This document shows positions 27,142 through 38,900 of a stretch of 64,000 bases of DNA, piece by piece. The DNA lies in assembly GCA_002269645.1 (NCBI GenBank), contig NIVC01002792.1, positions 124,001-188,000 on the forward strand, written 5' to 3'. The translations under genes were made by a program, and so were the position numbers. This DNA is from Macrostomum lignano (lineage: Eukaryota). The notes under the pieces were generated by a model, which was given only the letters and a program-made list of their open reading frames with translations, did not search any database and was not told the DNA's origin. The number at the start of each line of letters is the position of its first letter. Position 1 is the stretch's first letter.

Positions 27142-29179
27142 TTTTGTAACTTGAATTACAGATTTACGAGTATTCTGCCGTAGTGTACGTGCTGTTGTGT
27201 AGTCACCAGGACTTGCGAGTGTGATCTGTCAGGATATATGCACTTGTAGGTCCTGGTGGCAATTGGCACAAATCCCGAGTCTATGGCCCAAGTAAACTCA
27301 CCGCTTTGAAAGTACTTTTTTACGCAGCGAAAGGCAAGCAGAGCAAAAAAATGTGATCACGATGTCACGCGCGAGCCTATCTAAACAATCTATTTTTGAG
27401 TTAAACTGACGAGCTGCACTTTCTACCGCAGCGAATCGGCACGCACAATGTTACAGTTGTGCCATACCTCGACAACAGTTATTATAAATAATGTGATGGT
27501 AAAGCTGAGACAAGATGTTTTTGGAAGGCTTCCACGCTATCGTGATGCAGAATATTTTTGTTAGGATCAAAGGGAAGAAGAGTGATGGAATTAATTACAG
27601 TCTCGATTTCCAGCCTCGAAGAAGCGTAGAGCATCGGCAGGTCGGTCGGGAATGGAAATAATTGCTGCATGCAATTCAAGGCAGCAAAAGAAGATCCGTG
27701 TTAATCAAGCTTCCTTTTGCGGGCGTGATAACCAGACCCAATTTGGCATAATTGTTCGAGGCTGTGTTGCTTTTGGTGTCAAAAAAGCATCCTGAGTATG
27801 TCTTGATGAACGCGGCATTTAAATCTCAGTGATGATAAGTGAATGAATTATTGAATCGATATTTCTTTCATTTTTTTCATTGCTTGCGGAGGCATCGCCA
27901 CCGGGAGGGGGGCGCAGGGTCCCCCAGTAAAAGAAATGGAGGGACAAGACAATGCTTTAGACATTTAGACATTTCTTGGGTACAATTTTGAAATGCTCAT
28001 AACTTTTGGCAGGTACATTGGTATTGCTGTGAAATTTTATGCTTCAAATAAAAACCAGCGTGAAAGAGAATATGGGTAAAGTTTTAACTTATTTAAACAA
28101 TCCTGCTGTCCACGGTGAACAGAGTCCGGGAAACTGTTTTTCAAATTTTAGCACGGAAAAAGTCCGAGAGTCAATAAGGACTCGGTGTCAATCAACAACA
28201 GGATGAACACTGGCTAATGATCACGCACTTATTTCGCTTTAATTACTGCATGATCGACAGCTGAGTTAGTTGCATGCCGCATGACGCAGAACAACATCGG
28301 TACTGCGAAGACTAAAGGTCGATCTCAAACTCAAGCTCAGTAGGAGGTCAATCGATCTCAGTGAACACCCTTATAAAAGGATGCTGTGTACCGACTAGCC
28401 GACCAGCAGCTCCTTCGGGAGCGGATGCATTTGCGGACTGGGGCAGGGATTGTACCGATTCACTGCAGCTTTAATCCACTGTAGCAATCCAAGCAAGATG
28501 TGCACAAAAGGACGAAGCTAATTTCCTGTTGGTGCAGCTTTAATTCGCTATAATAAAACATTGAGTTGTCCATTGGTGTAATAAAAGTAAGAGTATATTC
28601 GCCTCAATGGCACAGGACAAAGTCCGGGCTGCACAGCCTTACACAGGATGCACTTCTGCGCCGATAATTCTTGTTGACAGTGTCAGAGTGGGCGTTGCAC
28701 ACCTACGCATTAGGGGTTGGCCCTCTGCAGCAGCGGGAATCGGATAGGCACCAAGCGATGTCTCCAAGCTTGTATCAAACGAAGAATCCTCTACGAGGAA
28801 ATTACTCGTAGGAAAACGGAGCCTAAAGAATTCGTGGACAGGCAAGGCGATGATGGATAACGGGCATGCAGGAAAGTACTGAGCAAACTAAGGATTATCG
28901 CGGCATGTTAAGCTGAGTGACACGTTTGATATTAGGAAGCCTTCTTAATTACCCGAACCAATTTACAAGCGATCTTATCAGAACTACCCTTATTTAAACA
29001 TTTAGAGTTTAATTGCAGAATCAGATCAAGGCCGCACTGCCTTACTATAAGCAGTATGAGGCGGTCGATGTTAGTCAACGATTTTAAATCTACACTGTCT
29101 CGAAGTCGAATGGCTCATGCTTTGTAAGTACATCATATTCTCATGGCGCATTAGGGGGCATCCTTCCAGTGTCGTCATG

Positions 29180-29505
29180 ACCCGATTACGGGCGATTCTT
29201 CTGATGTTCTCGTGGCGGATTACGGGCGATTCTTCTGATGTTCTCGTGGTGGATTAGGGGCGATTCTTCTGATGTTCTCATGGCGGATTAGGGGCGATTC
29301 TTCTGATGTTCTCGTGGCGGATTAGGGGCGATTCTTCTGATGTTCTCGTGGCGGATTAGGGGCGATTCTTCTGATGTTCTCGTGGCGGATTAGGGGCGAT
29401 TCTTCTGATGTTCTCATGGCGGATTAGGGGCGATTCTTCTGATGTTCTCATGGCGGATTAGGGGCGATTCTTTTGATGTTCTCGTGGCGGATTAGGGGCG
29501 ATTTT
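29180..29505. repeat. 34-bp minisatellite downstream of RPL19
   Basis: GGATTAGGGGCGATTCTTCTGATGTTCTC[G/A]TGGC, about 9 copies. Confidence 0.95.
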
Positions 29506-29840
29506 TTGTTCTCATAACGGATTCGAGACAATCATTTGCTACTTTCAGGGTATAAAAGGGTATCCTTTCAATGTTCAAATTAAGGATTAAGGGCAGTTCT
29601 CAGCGGACTTTACTTAGGTGACTTGACTTGAAGATGAGCCAACGCAAAGGAAAATCAATGAAATCAGCAACATCAAAACACGGAGAACAGAAAAAGTATT
29701 TCCAGTGAAAGCAACAGCCAAGTGAAACATGGGGCTTCAGCCAATTAGCATTCAATTATATTGTCCTAACAATTCCAGTCCTGCAAGTTCAGGTGCGGTC
29801 TCAGTGAACGCGCACCAAAAGTTGATTGATTTGAACAAAT

Positions 29841-32800
29841 TCACTCCAGGACCTCCGCTCGCTTCTGCGCCACGCGCTCCTGGCGCCGCTTCCTGGCCTC
29901 CCTGGCGCGGGTCCGCCTGGCCTCGGCCTGGTCCATAAGCTGCTTAGTGCGAGCCCGCTCCGCCTTCTTCCTGTGGATGTGCTCAACCAGGACGCGCTTG
30001 TTCTTGAATCCGTTGCCCTTGCAGCTCATGTACAGCTGGTGGTACAGGTGCTTGTCGAGCTTCTTGGCCTCGCGGTAGCGCTTGAGCAGGCGGCGAAGGA
30101 CGCGCATGCGGCGCATCCAGAGCACCTTCTCGGGCATGCGGGCGTTAGCCGTGCCCTTGCGCTTGCCCTGGCCCATGTGGCGGCCCTTGCGCCTGGCGAT
30201 CAGGTTCTTGCGGCAGCGGGCGCGCGAGTGGACAGCTACCGGCTTGCGGATGATCAGGCCGTCCTTGACGAGCTTGCGGATGTTCTGCCGGCTGTTGGCA
30301 TTGGCGATTTCGCTGTTCTCGTTGGGGTCCAGCCAGATCTTAGCTTTGCCGCACTTGAGAACCGCGGCGGCCAGGCGCTTCTGTAGGCGCAGGTTGCTAG
30401 GTGGTGGAGAGGGCAGGGGCGATTGGGAATGAGGATTAATATGATTGCAGCCTGAATTACAGTGGCATTTGCGATCTTGAGTACAGTGTTGAACAATAAA
30501 ACAGAATACAACAATATATAAAAATAAGATATAATTTAATTTACAAACCAGCCAGTGTTTTTGTCTATCAGCTATGCTAGCCTATAGTGCAAGACCTTCA
30601 CTATAGCAAAGCACTAAATTAGATACCAAAAGTACCAAGCATAAGATACAATAGAATAAAAAATTTGCAGCCATAGCTAAAACCAAAAGTACAGCAAAGC
30701 TTTTGAGTATTTTTGAAATCATATCCTATGATTTTATCCTAGCTTGGAAAGAAGTTTGAATTTATAATTTATAATATTTTGATATAGTAAACCTAAACTA
30801 CAAAACATGAAAATGTAATCTTTTTCAGTTACAGAGTGGCCTAAAGAGCTTTTTAAGAATCTGGGCAGTGTGGTAATTACTGTTTTAGCAGCTGTTTCTT
30901 GTTAGTTATATTATCATTATATACAGTCTATTATGCATACTAGAACAAAAATCTATATTAGGCAAATAAATGCCTGTTTATGCAAAAAACAGAACAATTC
31001 CTTAAAACACTGTATATGCAAAAATCTCTTAAAGGAAATCAGCTGACTTTTTTATGAGAACAAAACTAAATGAACTCTTGGCTAGGTGAATCCCAAGGTT
31101 GCACATGTATGTGCACAAGCTTAGGAATCACCTGATTATTTCTATTGGCAACATGCACATGTAAGTTGCAATTGGTTAAGAGTAATCATGTGACTACCAA
31201 CTATTTTGTCCAATAGTAGCATGTTAATTTAGATTATATAATAAGACACACACAGAGTTTTGATTTTTATAGGTTGAGATTTTTGTTAGCTTTAGTAGAC
31301 TGAATACTAACTAAATAAGAAATCGATTGTCAAAACTGCTTTGTGTGACTTTTACTTTAATTGACTTGATTTGAATGTTGAATTACAAGTGCTATAATTC
31401 ATATTATTGAAACAAAAAAGAGCTAGCCTAGAAGTGAACATACATGCGCAACAGTCGGCCGAGTCAGCCGATCTGGCTGACTGATTTGGCGGCCAACCAA
31501 GGAAGTCGCAAAAATGCCCACCCGAAAAATACCGAAGTATTGGTACTAAGTAGCTGACGAGGCATTTTGACTTAATAAGACAGTCATAGTTACTCCTGCC
31601 GTTTACCCAAAGTTGCCTTAATTTTGCGTTAGGGTTTTTTACATGTAAGTTGCATTTTTGACCAAAAACTATGTCGCATTTTTGTTAAAACTAAGTCGCA
31701 TGGCCGACCGAATTTTAGAGGCTGCGCATGTATGGAAGGGAATAGATTGAACTGCTAATGTAGCAAAATAGCAATGCAGATTTGAATACTAAGGGAAACT
31801 TGCTATAGGAGGAATGCTAGCTATCTGGGGTTGCTTGCTTTATATAAGGGTTGTTTGCTTTTGGGGATGCTTGTTTGGGAGAATTGCTCAAATGTCGAGA
31901 CTTACTAAAATAATAACCTGAATAACTGAGATATCAAGGCTTACTAGAGAAATTGCTAAGATACTCTCCGAATTTCCCTTTGTAATATTTTCCCAATCCC
32001 TTCTCTTCGTAAGTTTCTGAGCACTGTCACTCCCTTTTCCTTAAAATAACTAACTCAACAAGATTTCAAAGTTTATCTGAGAATATAGAACGAACCAATA
32101 TTATAGCGCACGAATATTTCAAGAGCAAAAAAAGGTTACTTTTATTTGGCAAAAATCACTCGTATATATACTGTTTTAGATGGCTATGTTTATAACAAAA
32201 ATATTTATCGATAATATTTTGCGTGGTAAAACAAATGCTAAAATTAGTTTCTAGTTTGCGCGCGAATTTAACATGGTTATAAATCAGCTAATTTACATGT
32301 ATGAATCGTAATAGGCATTTTATTAGGCACAAAGAATAGTAAAGGTAATTAACAGAAACATACACTAGCACATATATAAAACTAAACACAAACAACTGCA
32401 CAATCTTAGCTATAGGGATAAGCTAAACATTATTGACATGGATCTATGTGGATAAAATTGGAATTATTGACATGGCCTATAGACTTGAATGGTACAGTGG
32501 CAGCTATTATAATAAGCTGCCATGGGGATAACCTAGAAATTATCGACATGGATCCATGTGGATAAAATTATAATTATTGACATAGCCTATAGACCTGAAT
32601 GGTGGCAGCTATTTCAAAAAGCTGCTGTGGGGATAAGCTGGAAATTATCAACATGTATACGTATAGATAAAATTGGAATTATTAGTATGGGACTGGCTTG
32701 CTAAGGGAATTGCAAAAATGTCAAGTCTTAAAGAGTCTTAGGGTGGGAATAGCTGATGTCGGGCTTTAAATTGCTTAGATTTCAAGGCTTAAGCTACTTG

Positions 32801-34688
32801 GGGAATTGCTAAGATATAAAGGCTAAGGTCAGAAGCTATATATATAGATATTAAAAAATTATTATATCCTTTTTTGCTCCCCAATAGGTAAGAAGAGATT
32901 GCTTGTTTTATTCTAGACACTTTAAATAAATAGCACTTAGGCCTATTATATTATGCAATTTAAACTCCTATATATCTCATTGAAAGAGGGTAAATATTAG
33001 GAGGTTAATTAACTAATAGCCTGAAAGTTAATTAACACAATTTTAGACAAATAAGTTTCCAGTTTATTTGTCTGCTGAAATATTTTCTTTTAAAATTGTT
33101 TGCTAAAAATTGCAGGAACCAAACAAATACAAGATCAAAAAGTTCTGCAACCTTTTGTTATAGCTTTTTAGTTATAGAATCGGCAAAAGCCAAAAACTTA
33201 CACATATGTGGCTATATCTGTTTGCTATATTTATATGCATTTTTGGCTTCCAAATGTGCTCCAGTAAAATTTCACAGCGATATATTTTCCATGTGATTTC
33301 AGTAGCTGATGGAAACAACAAAAGACAGTGTTAGCTTCTTATATCTTTATGTATATGCAACTTGGTTGCAAAGTGACTGAGATTCATACCAATCTGGTGA
33401 ATGTTTTAGCTGACTCTGCTCCATCATTTGACATGGTTGCCCACTGGCTATGCCATTTCTTGGAAGGCTGGGACAGCTTCAACAATGAACTGAGGTCTAG
33501 CCAACCTTGGACATCTGTGACCAAAGATGTAGTGGCCCATGCCGATGCAATAATTTATGAGGATTGGAGCATTACGCTAAGATTCCTTGCTTATGAGTTT
33601 AGTATCAGCTATAGAAGTGCTCATAACATCATGCATGAGCAACTGGGCCGCACAAAGACCTGCACTCAGTAGGTATCCCATCTTCTCACTCTGGAGCAGC
33701 AAGCAGTGAGGGTGCGCATCTGTTGCTTGTGGGTGCAAATGTTTGAGCCCTATGGCCCACGACGACTGTCATATATCATCACAGGAGACGGATTTTGGAT
33801 CTCCTTCTTTTACCATGAAAGATAAGCAGTCCAACATGGTCTGGCTGGCAGAAGATAAGCCCGAGGCCCAAGGTGCTGAAAACCAAATTATGCAGTCGGC
33901 AGCGGATATTCACCATTTTTCAACTTTCAGGGTGTTGTATCAGTAAACATCCTTCTAGTGGGTGCCACAGTGACTGCCAGGTACTACATAGACACTGTTC
34001 TACCAGGCGTGCTGCAAGAGCGGCAGGAATGTGCGCGAACCAGTCATGGACCTTGACTCCTGCTAGGCCTACACCATAACAATATAGCATTGCATAAAGC
34101 AGCATCAATCATGGTGTACCTGGAGCAGCAGGGGGTCCGGCTGCTGCCCCATCCACCCTACTCTCCAGACTTAGCACCATGCAACTTTTGGCTGTTCCCG
34201 AGGATCAAATCCGTCATTTCTGGGAGGCCATTTTCACACATACGACCTTGCCCAAGCAGTACATTTAGCTCTACAGGGAATAGGCTACCAACTTCGGAGT
34301 ACTATGACTGCTTTCAGACATGGTGCATACACATTGCGATGGTGCATAGTCACATAGATAGTGGTGGAAAGTACTTTGAGGGAATGTGACACTGATTAGA
34401 TGCCGTGGCTACTGTAACACTGAGTTGTGAGGTCACTTGCAGAACTTTTTGATCACCCCTCCTATTTTCAGTGAATGTCAGTGGACATTGGTATATTGCA
34501 TTAGAATACAAATATAATATGGATGGGGACGAAGTGTAGGCTAGGCTATGATAAAAAAATTAAAAAATATTTAAATTGGACACTTATTAATTAGATATCA
34601 GACTGGCAGTTTTCACAATAGACCCTAGTTAGGCCTAATTCAACATGTAATTTAAGCAAAAAATAATGAAAGAGCAGTCTTACCTCAT
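29841..34688 (-). CDS. RPL19: 60S ribosomal protein L19 (eL19), about 186 aa
   Basis: complement join(34688-34684,30396-29841): ATGAG|GTAAGA..CCTAG|C gives [44 protein letters not shown]-type [15 protein letters not shown]. The 3' end is uncertain: the TGA overlaps a possible GA|GTGAAT donor. Confidence 0.95.
31439..31734. mobile_element. hAT-type MITE, copy 1 (RPL19 intron)
   Basis: TIR CATACATGCGCA..TGCGCATGTATG; 8-bp TSD GAAGTGAA/GAAGGGAA; homologous to 55276-55572. Confidence 0.8.
32410..32700. repeat. Degenerate ~110-bp tandem repeat (about 2.7 copies)
   Basis: Recurring GGATAA..ATTATTGACATGGATC..GTGGATAAAATT..ATTATTGACAT..CCTATAGAC.TGAATGGT. Confidence 0.7.
33128..34464 (+). mobile_element. 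Decayed mariner transposon in the RPL19 intron
   Basis: TIR core GATCAAAAAGTTCTGCAA at 33133 and inverted at ~34438-34455, TA flanks, 1.34 kb. Transposase remnants ITGDGFW and [16 protein letters not shown], with stops and frameshifts. Confidence 0.9.
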
Positions 34689-34692
34689 TCTT

Positions 34693-34701
34693 CAAAAGAA
34701 G
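34693..34701 (-). promoter_or_regulatory. TCT/5'TOP-like start of RPL19
   Basis: CTTCTTTTG lies 4 nt before the ATG, as is typical of ribosomal-protein genes. Confidence 0.7.
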
Positions 34702-35269
34702 TATATGGCCAAATCAGGGCCTTTGCTAAAGAATGTATTTTACTCCTAATTATACAGTCAGCGCTCACCAATGCTAAATTTAATAATATTTACATGTAAA
34801 CGTTCCGTCATTTGTCTTGCACTAAGGTAATTTTTTTCCTTTACAAAGATAAAAAAGTTTAATTTAATTTATTTATTAAAAAACATTAAAACTTTTAAAC
34901 AATTTTAGCTGAGCAAAGTGTCGTATCTTTTGTTAATATTGTTGGTCCTTAAATTTAATGTGGCCGCAGTTTTTTAAATATTATCATAAATAAAAATTAA
35001 AAAAACTACTTATTATATTGCCAGATATCTCTTTACAATTCGATATTTGATATTGACTGATTAATACCTATATACGTATTTTTATCACCTACTAGATGCA
35101 TTGCCCTCCATCAAGTTTATGCAGTACCCGTTTTATAATTCCTTATATACTTTTCGTTTAGTTAGCCGTTAAACTTAAAGTTCGTCCGAAGATTCTTAGA
35201 ATTTTTTTACAAAACTCTTACTTTAAAGGTACCCTACTGGCCTCCTCTTGAATTATTATTAAATTCATA

Positions 35270-35335
35270 GAATTATAGCCCGGGCGAAACATGCTTTTTG
35301 CCTGAGCCAAACTTACTACTACTACCACTACTTTC
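35270..35335 (+). mobile_element. Solo 3' end of a (TAC)n-tailed LINE
   Basis: TTGCCTGAGCCAAACTTACTACTACTAC matches the tail at 48548-48578. Confidence 0.6.
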
Positions 35336-35912
35336 AATCCTAGTTTGAACCATGAACTGTCTGTTCATATAGTATAGGCCTAGCCTGAGCCACTAAATCT
35401 AATTCTTATCTACTAAAAAAACTTTAAATAATTTTTATTAACTAAGGCTTTGCCATTTTTACTTTATTCGCTTTGCTTTTAGTATTAATGCTTCAAAGTT
35501 ATATTTGTTTACTGGAGCAAGCTTTTTGTCAAAGCTATTCTTTATTGGCATTGATATTCAGTTCAGGCAAATTGTGGCAATCATCTAGTTTTGCATGTTT
35601 AGTTATTTTTCAAAAAGTGGCTTTATTAGTTATTGCAAGTAAATATTTTAACTTGCACAAGTGTAAGTACTAAGATGTGGCAGTGATATGGCAGATGTTG
35701 ATGTTATGTCTATGGTTATTATTTATTAGGCCTAGTTTAAGATTGCTAAATCCAAGTGTAAAAAATATTGTCTGGAGGACGTTGGTATTTATGAGTCTTG
35801 ACTTACTTGACTTAGCTGCAGGGGGCGTCCGGCGGATGCAGCGAGGAGGCGGAGGAGACCGCCCATTCCGCTAGCCCCTGGCAACCAACGACTTCCGTTG
35901 AAGTGGTGTCGC

Positions 35913-38900
35913 TCAGGGGGACCCGTCGGTCTCGCCTGCAGCGCGGTCCTCCTCACCGACAGTGGGGAAGAAATCAGCTCGTCCGGTGTCCCTGAGGTAC
36001 CGGGCGAGCAGTGGGATGCTCTTGGGCCTGCAAACGTCGGAGAGAACCGGGTTTGGCCCGAGGTGAGTAAGCCTGGCCTTGGTGAAAACCGGGCAGTGGC
36101 AGATAAAATGCTCGGCGTTTTCACTGCCTGAGCGGCAGAAGGGGCACCGCTCCTCGGGTACTTGGCCCTGAAGGAAGCGGTGGCGAGAGAAGCAGCCATG
36201 CCCGGAGAGGGCCATGCTAACTGCTCTGAGGTCTCTGCGGTTGAGCCTGAGGAGGGCTCTACGCAGGAGAGGAGAGGGACAGGGGACGGCAGCACGGGAT
36301 TGCCTACGGGTCATTCCAGATAAGGACGGTCGTAACATGTCACTGTATTTGGTCATATTTTTTCTAATAGGCGAAAGTATTTGAAACAAAAAACATGTGG
36401 TCTTGAAAGCACTTCGTATGGTCTTTCTTTTGCAAAAACAGTTGGCACAAATTGTTGTTTTATTAGGAGAATAATTAACAAAACATTCACATCCCGGTCG
36501 TAACCAGTGAAAAACGTAGATCACGTTTTTAAAAAGTAAACTAAAAGTTTACTCAACATATTCATTGGAACCACAAGCGAGTGACAAAAATATGCTACAA
36601 AGAAATGAAACAACAGGTAAGCAATGTGATTCGCTTCTATTTTAGTACTTTTGATAGTTTAAAGTCAGTTTGTTAAAATCCCGGTCGTAACATCCCGGTC
36701 GTAACACTTTTGTCTCCCCGCAGTCACACTCGGGAATTATCAACAAAGTGGCGGTGAGTCAAGTAATATCGTTCTTTTCTTGAAAGGTACATGTCTTATG
36801 ATCGTTTGAAATGATAGTTAAACATTTGGTAAAAACTATTAAAACTTGTTTTGGACTTCAAGGTCAACGATAGCATTTTTTCAACATCTTTTATGACCTA
36901 CAAAGTGACATTGAGTTTGATGGTACCCAAACACGCTAGATTTTGCATGCACTATTATAACACTGACAAATTAAATTTTCCCATTTCAGATCAGCAAAAA
37001 CGTCGAAGTAAAAGCAGTAAAGTGAACACAATAAACATGGATGCAGAACCTGGAACCCAGAAAAGTAACATCCGGGTTCCAGGTTCTGCATCCATGTTTA
37101 TTGTGTGGCAGTTGCTGTTGTTGCCCATCACTCAAAGTTGAATTTGAAGTGGCCACGGGCATCCAAGGGCACAGGGGGATCCAACAGCTTCTGGATGTCA
37201 GCCAGTGGGTAGTAAATACAGTCCTTGGACTTTGGCCAGGCGTAGTTCGTGTTGCCGCTTTTCACCATCACATTCACTTTGTATTCAAACACCCCCTCAG
37301 TGTCGTCCAGCTGCCGGATCTTCACAACCTGGCCAGGGAAAACCTCGCTTCATCATGCTGAAGCTTCATCATGAAACGGTTCTTGAACTGTGAAGCTGGG
37401 CCATCACTCCAGAAGTGGACCACCTTGGGCTGCCGAGACTCACAGAACTTCTGGGAAGGAAAAGCAAGGGAGAAAGGGATGGGGATTGAGACAGAGAGAC
37501 AGAGAGAGAGAGAGAATGGACTGGGACAAATGGAATTCCTGTAAAAAGTACATAACTATGCCTTACCTGCATCAGGTGCCGCAGGAAAGTTGAAATGGCC
37601 TCCTTGGAATGATGAAGGTGGTCGCTGACGATGGCCATCATCTTGCTGCCACCTGGCCAGTAAGCAGCAACAGTGAAAAGTGTTACCTGCGCCTGATTCC
37701 AGTAGGCGCTTTGGGCCATGTCCTGCTGGGAGCACGTGTAATTCTCGCTGAAATCGAAGTGCAGCAGGAGCTCTCCGTCGGCCAGCGCGTCCTTCTGGTT
37801 GCGAAAGAAGCTGGCCTGCACCTGCTTCGTCTGGTGGTGAAGGACGAAAGCAGGCAGCTGCTCAACCAGCATCTTGAACGTGTCGGCCACGGTGAGCTGC
37901 ACTGGCTGCTGCTGCACGCGGCCGTCCGCCCCGAAATCCCACTGGTGAAAGCGGACCACGTGCTCCTTCTCCTCATCAGTTGGTGACACCAGGCGGTGGT
38001 TGTCACCTGAAGCACAGCGCTGGCATTGGCCATTGTTGCAATCCAGAGTCGCCGGGTTGCAGAGGATGAATTCGCCTACCCAGCGCGACGAGTAGGACGG
38101 CATGCCAGTGGCACCAGCCAGGGCACTGCAGAGACTGTTTTAATAGAATAATTTGAAATGGGTGGCAGTTTGTTAAGAAGTAATATTTAAGTATATGTAA
38201 CTTAGTACATCTGTCATAATTATGTCGAACTACCTTTTGAAGTTCTCGTGCAGCTTGCAGCAGCAGGCCTCCAGCGGTGTCTTGGAAAATGTCAGGATGT
38301 GACGTGGCCGCAGCTCGCAAAACTTCGACAGCGAGAGCTTGTGCTCTACATGCTCGTGGATGAACAGGTGGTGCAGCTCCTTCATGCCGGCCACCAGGTA
38401 GCGCTTCTGGATCTGCTGACCATTGACTTTGACGTACTCCTTCCGCCCAGGAGTCCAGCGGGAAACGTCTTCGCGATCAAAAAAGGCAGCCACAGCATCG
38501 ATGGTCTCGAATGGAATCCGCTCCCGGGAGATCTTCGGGGGTCAACCAGCTGCACGCCAAGGTTTTTGGCGAGCTGGCGAACGACTACGCGCTGGTGATC
38601 TAGTGATCTTGGCAGACCCTTCCAGGCGCTAGAGTGAAAGAAAGAAAGGGGAATGTTCTACAAAAAACATCTAGATACACATGTCACACATTGTTACAAC
38701 CTACAAACATAACTACCTAAAGGTGTCAAATTCAAATGCCAACTTACCGGTTCACAGCACGATTGAGTGTTTTGCTGCTGCTGTAGGTGGTGCTCTCAAG
38801 TGACTCAGCCTCCTGCTGCTGCTGTTCCACCAGTTCACGCCGCCTCTGCCGCATGGCTTGCATCCGAGCTAGAGCTTGCTTCCGCTGCTTCTCAATCTTT

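Noticed and set aside
27400-29100. Short ORFs and SINE-like patches between the Prx-like gene and RPL19
   Set aside because: No motif, termini or TSD that I could support.
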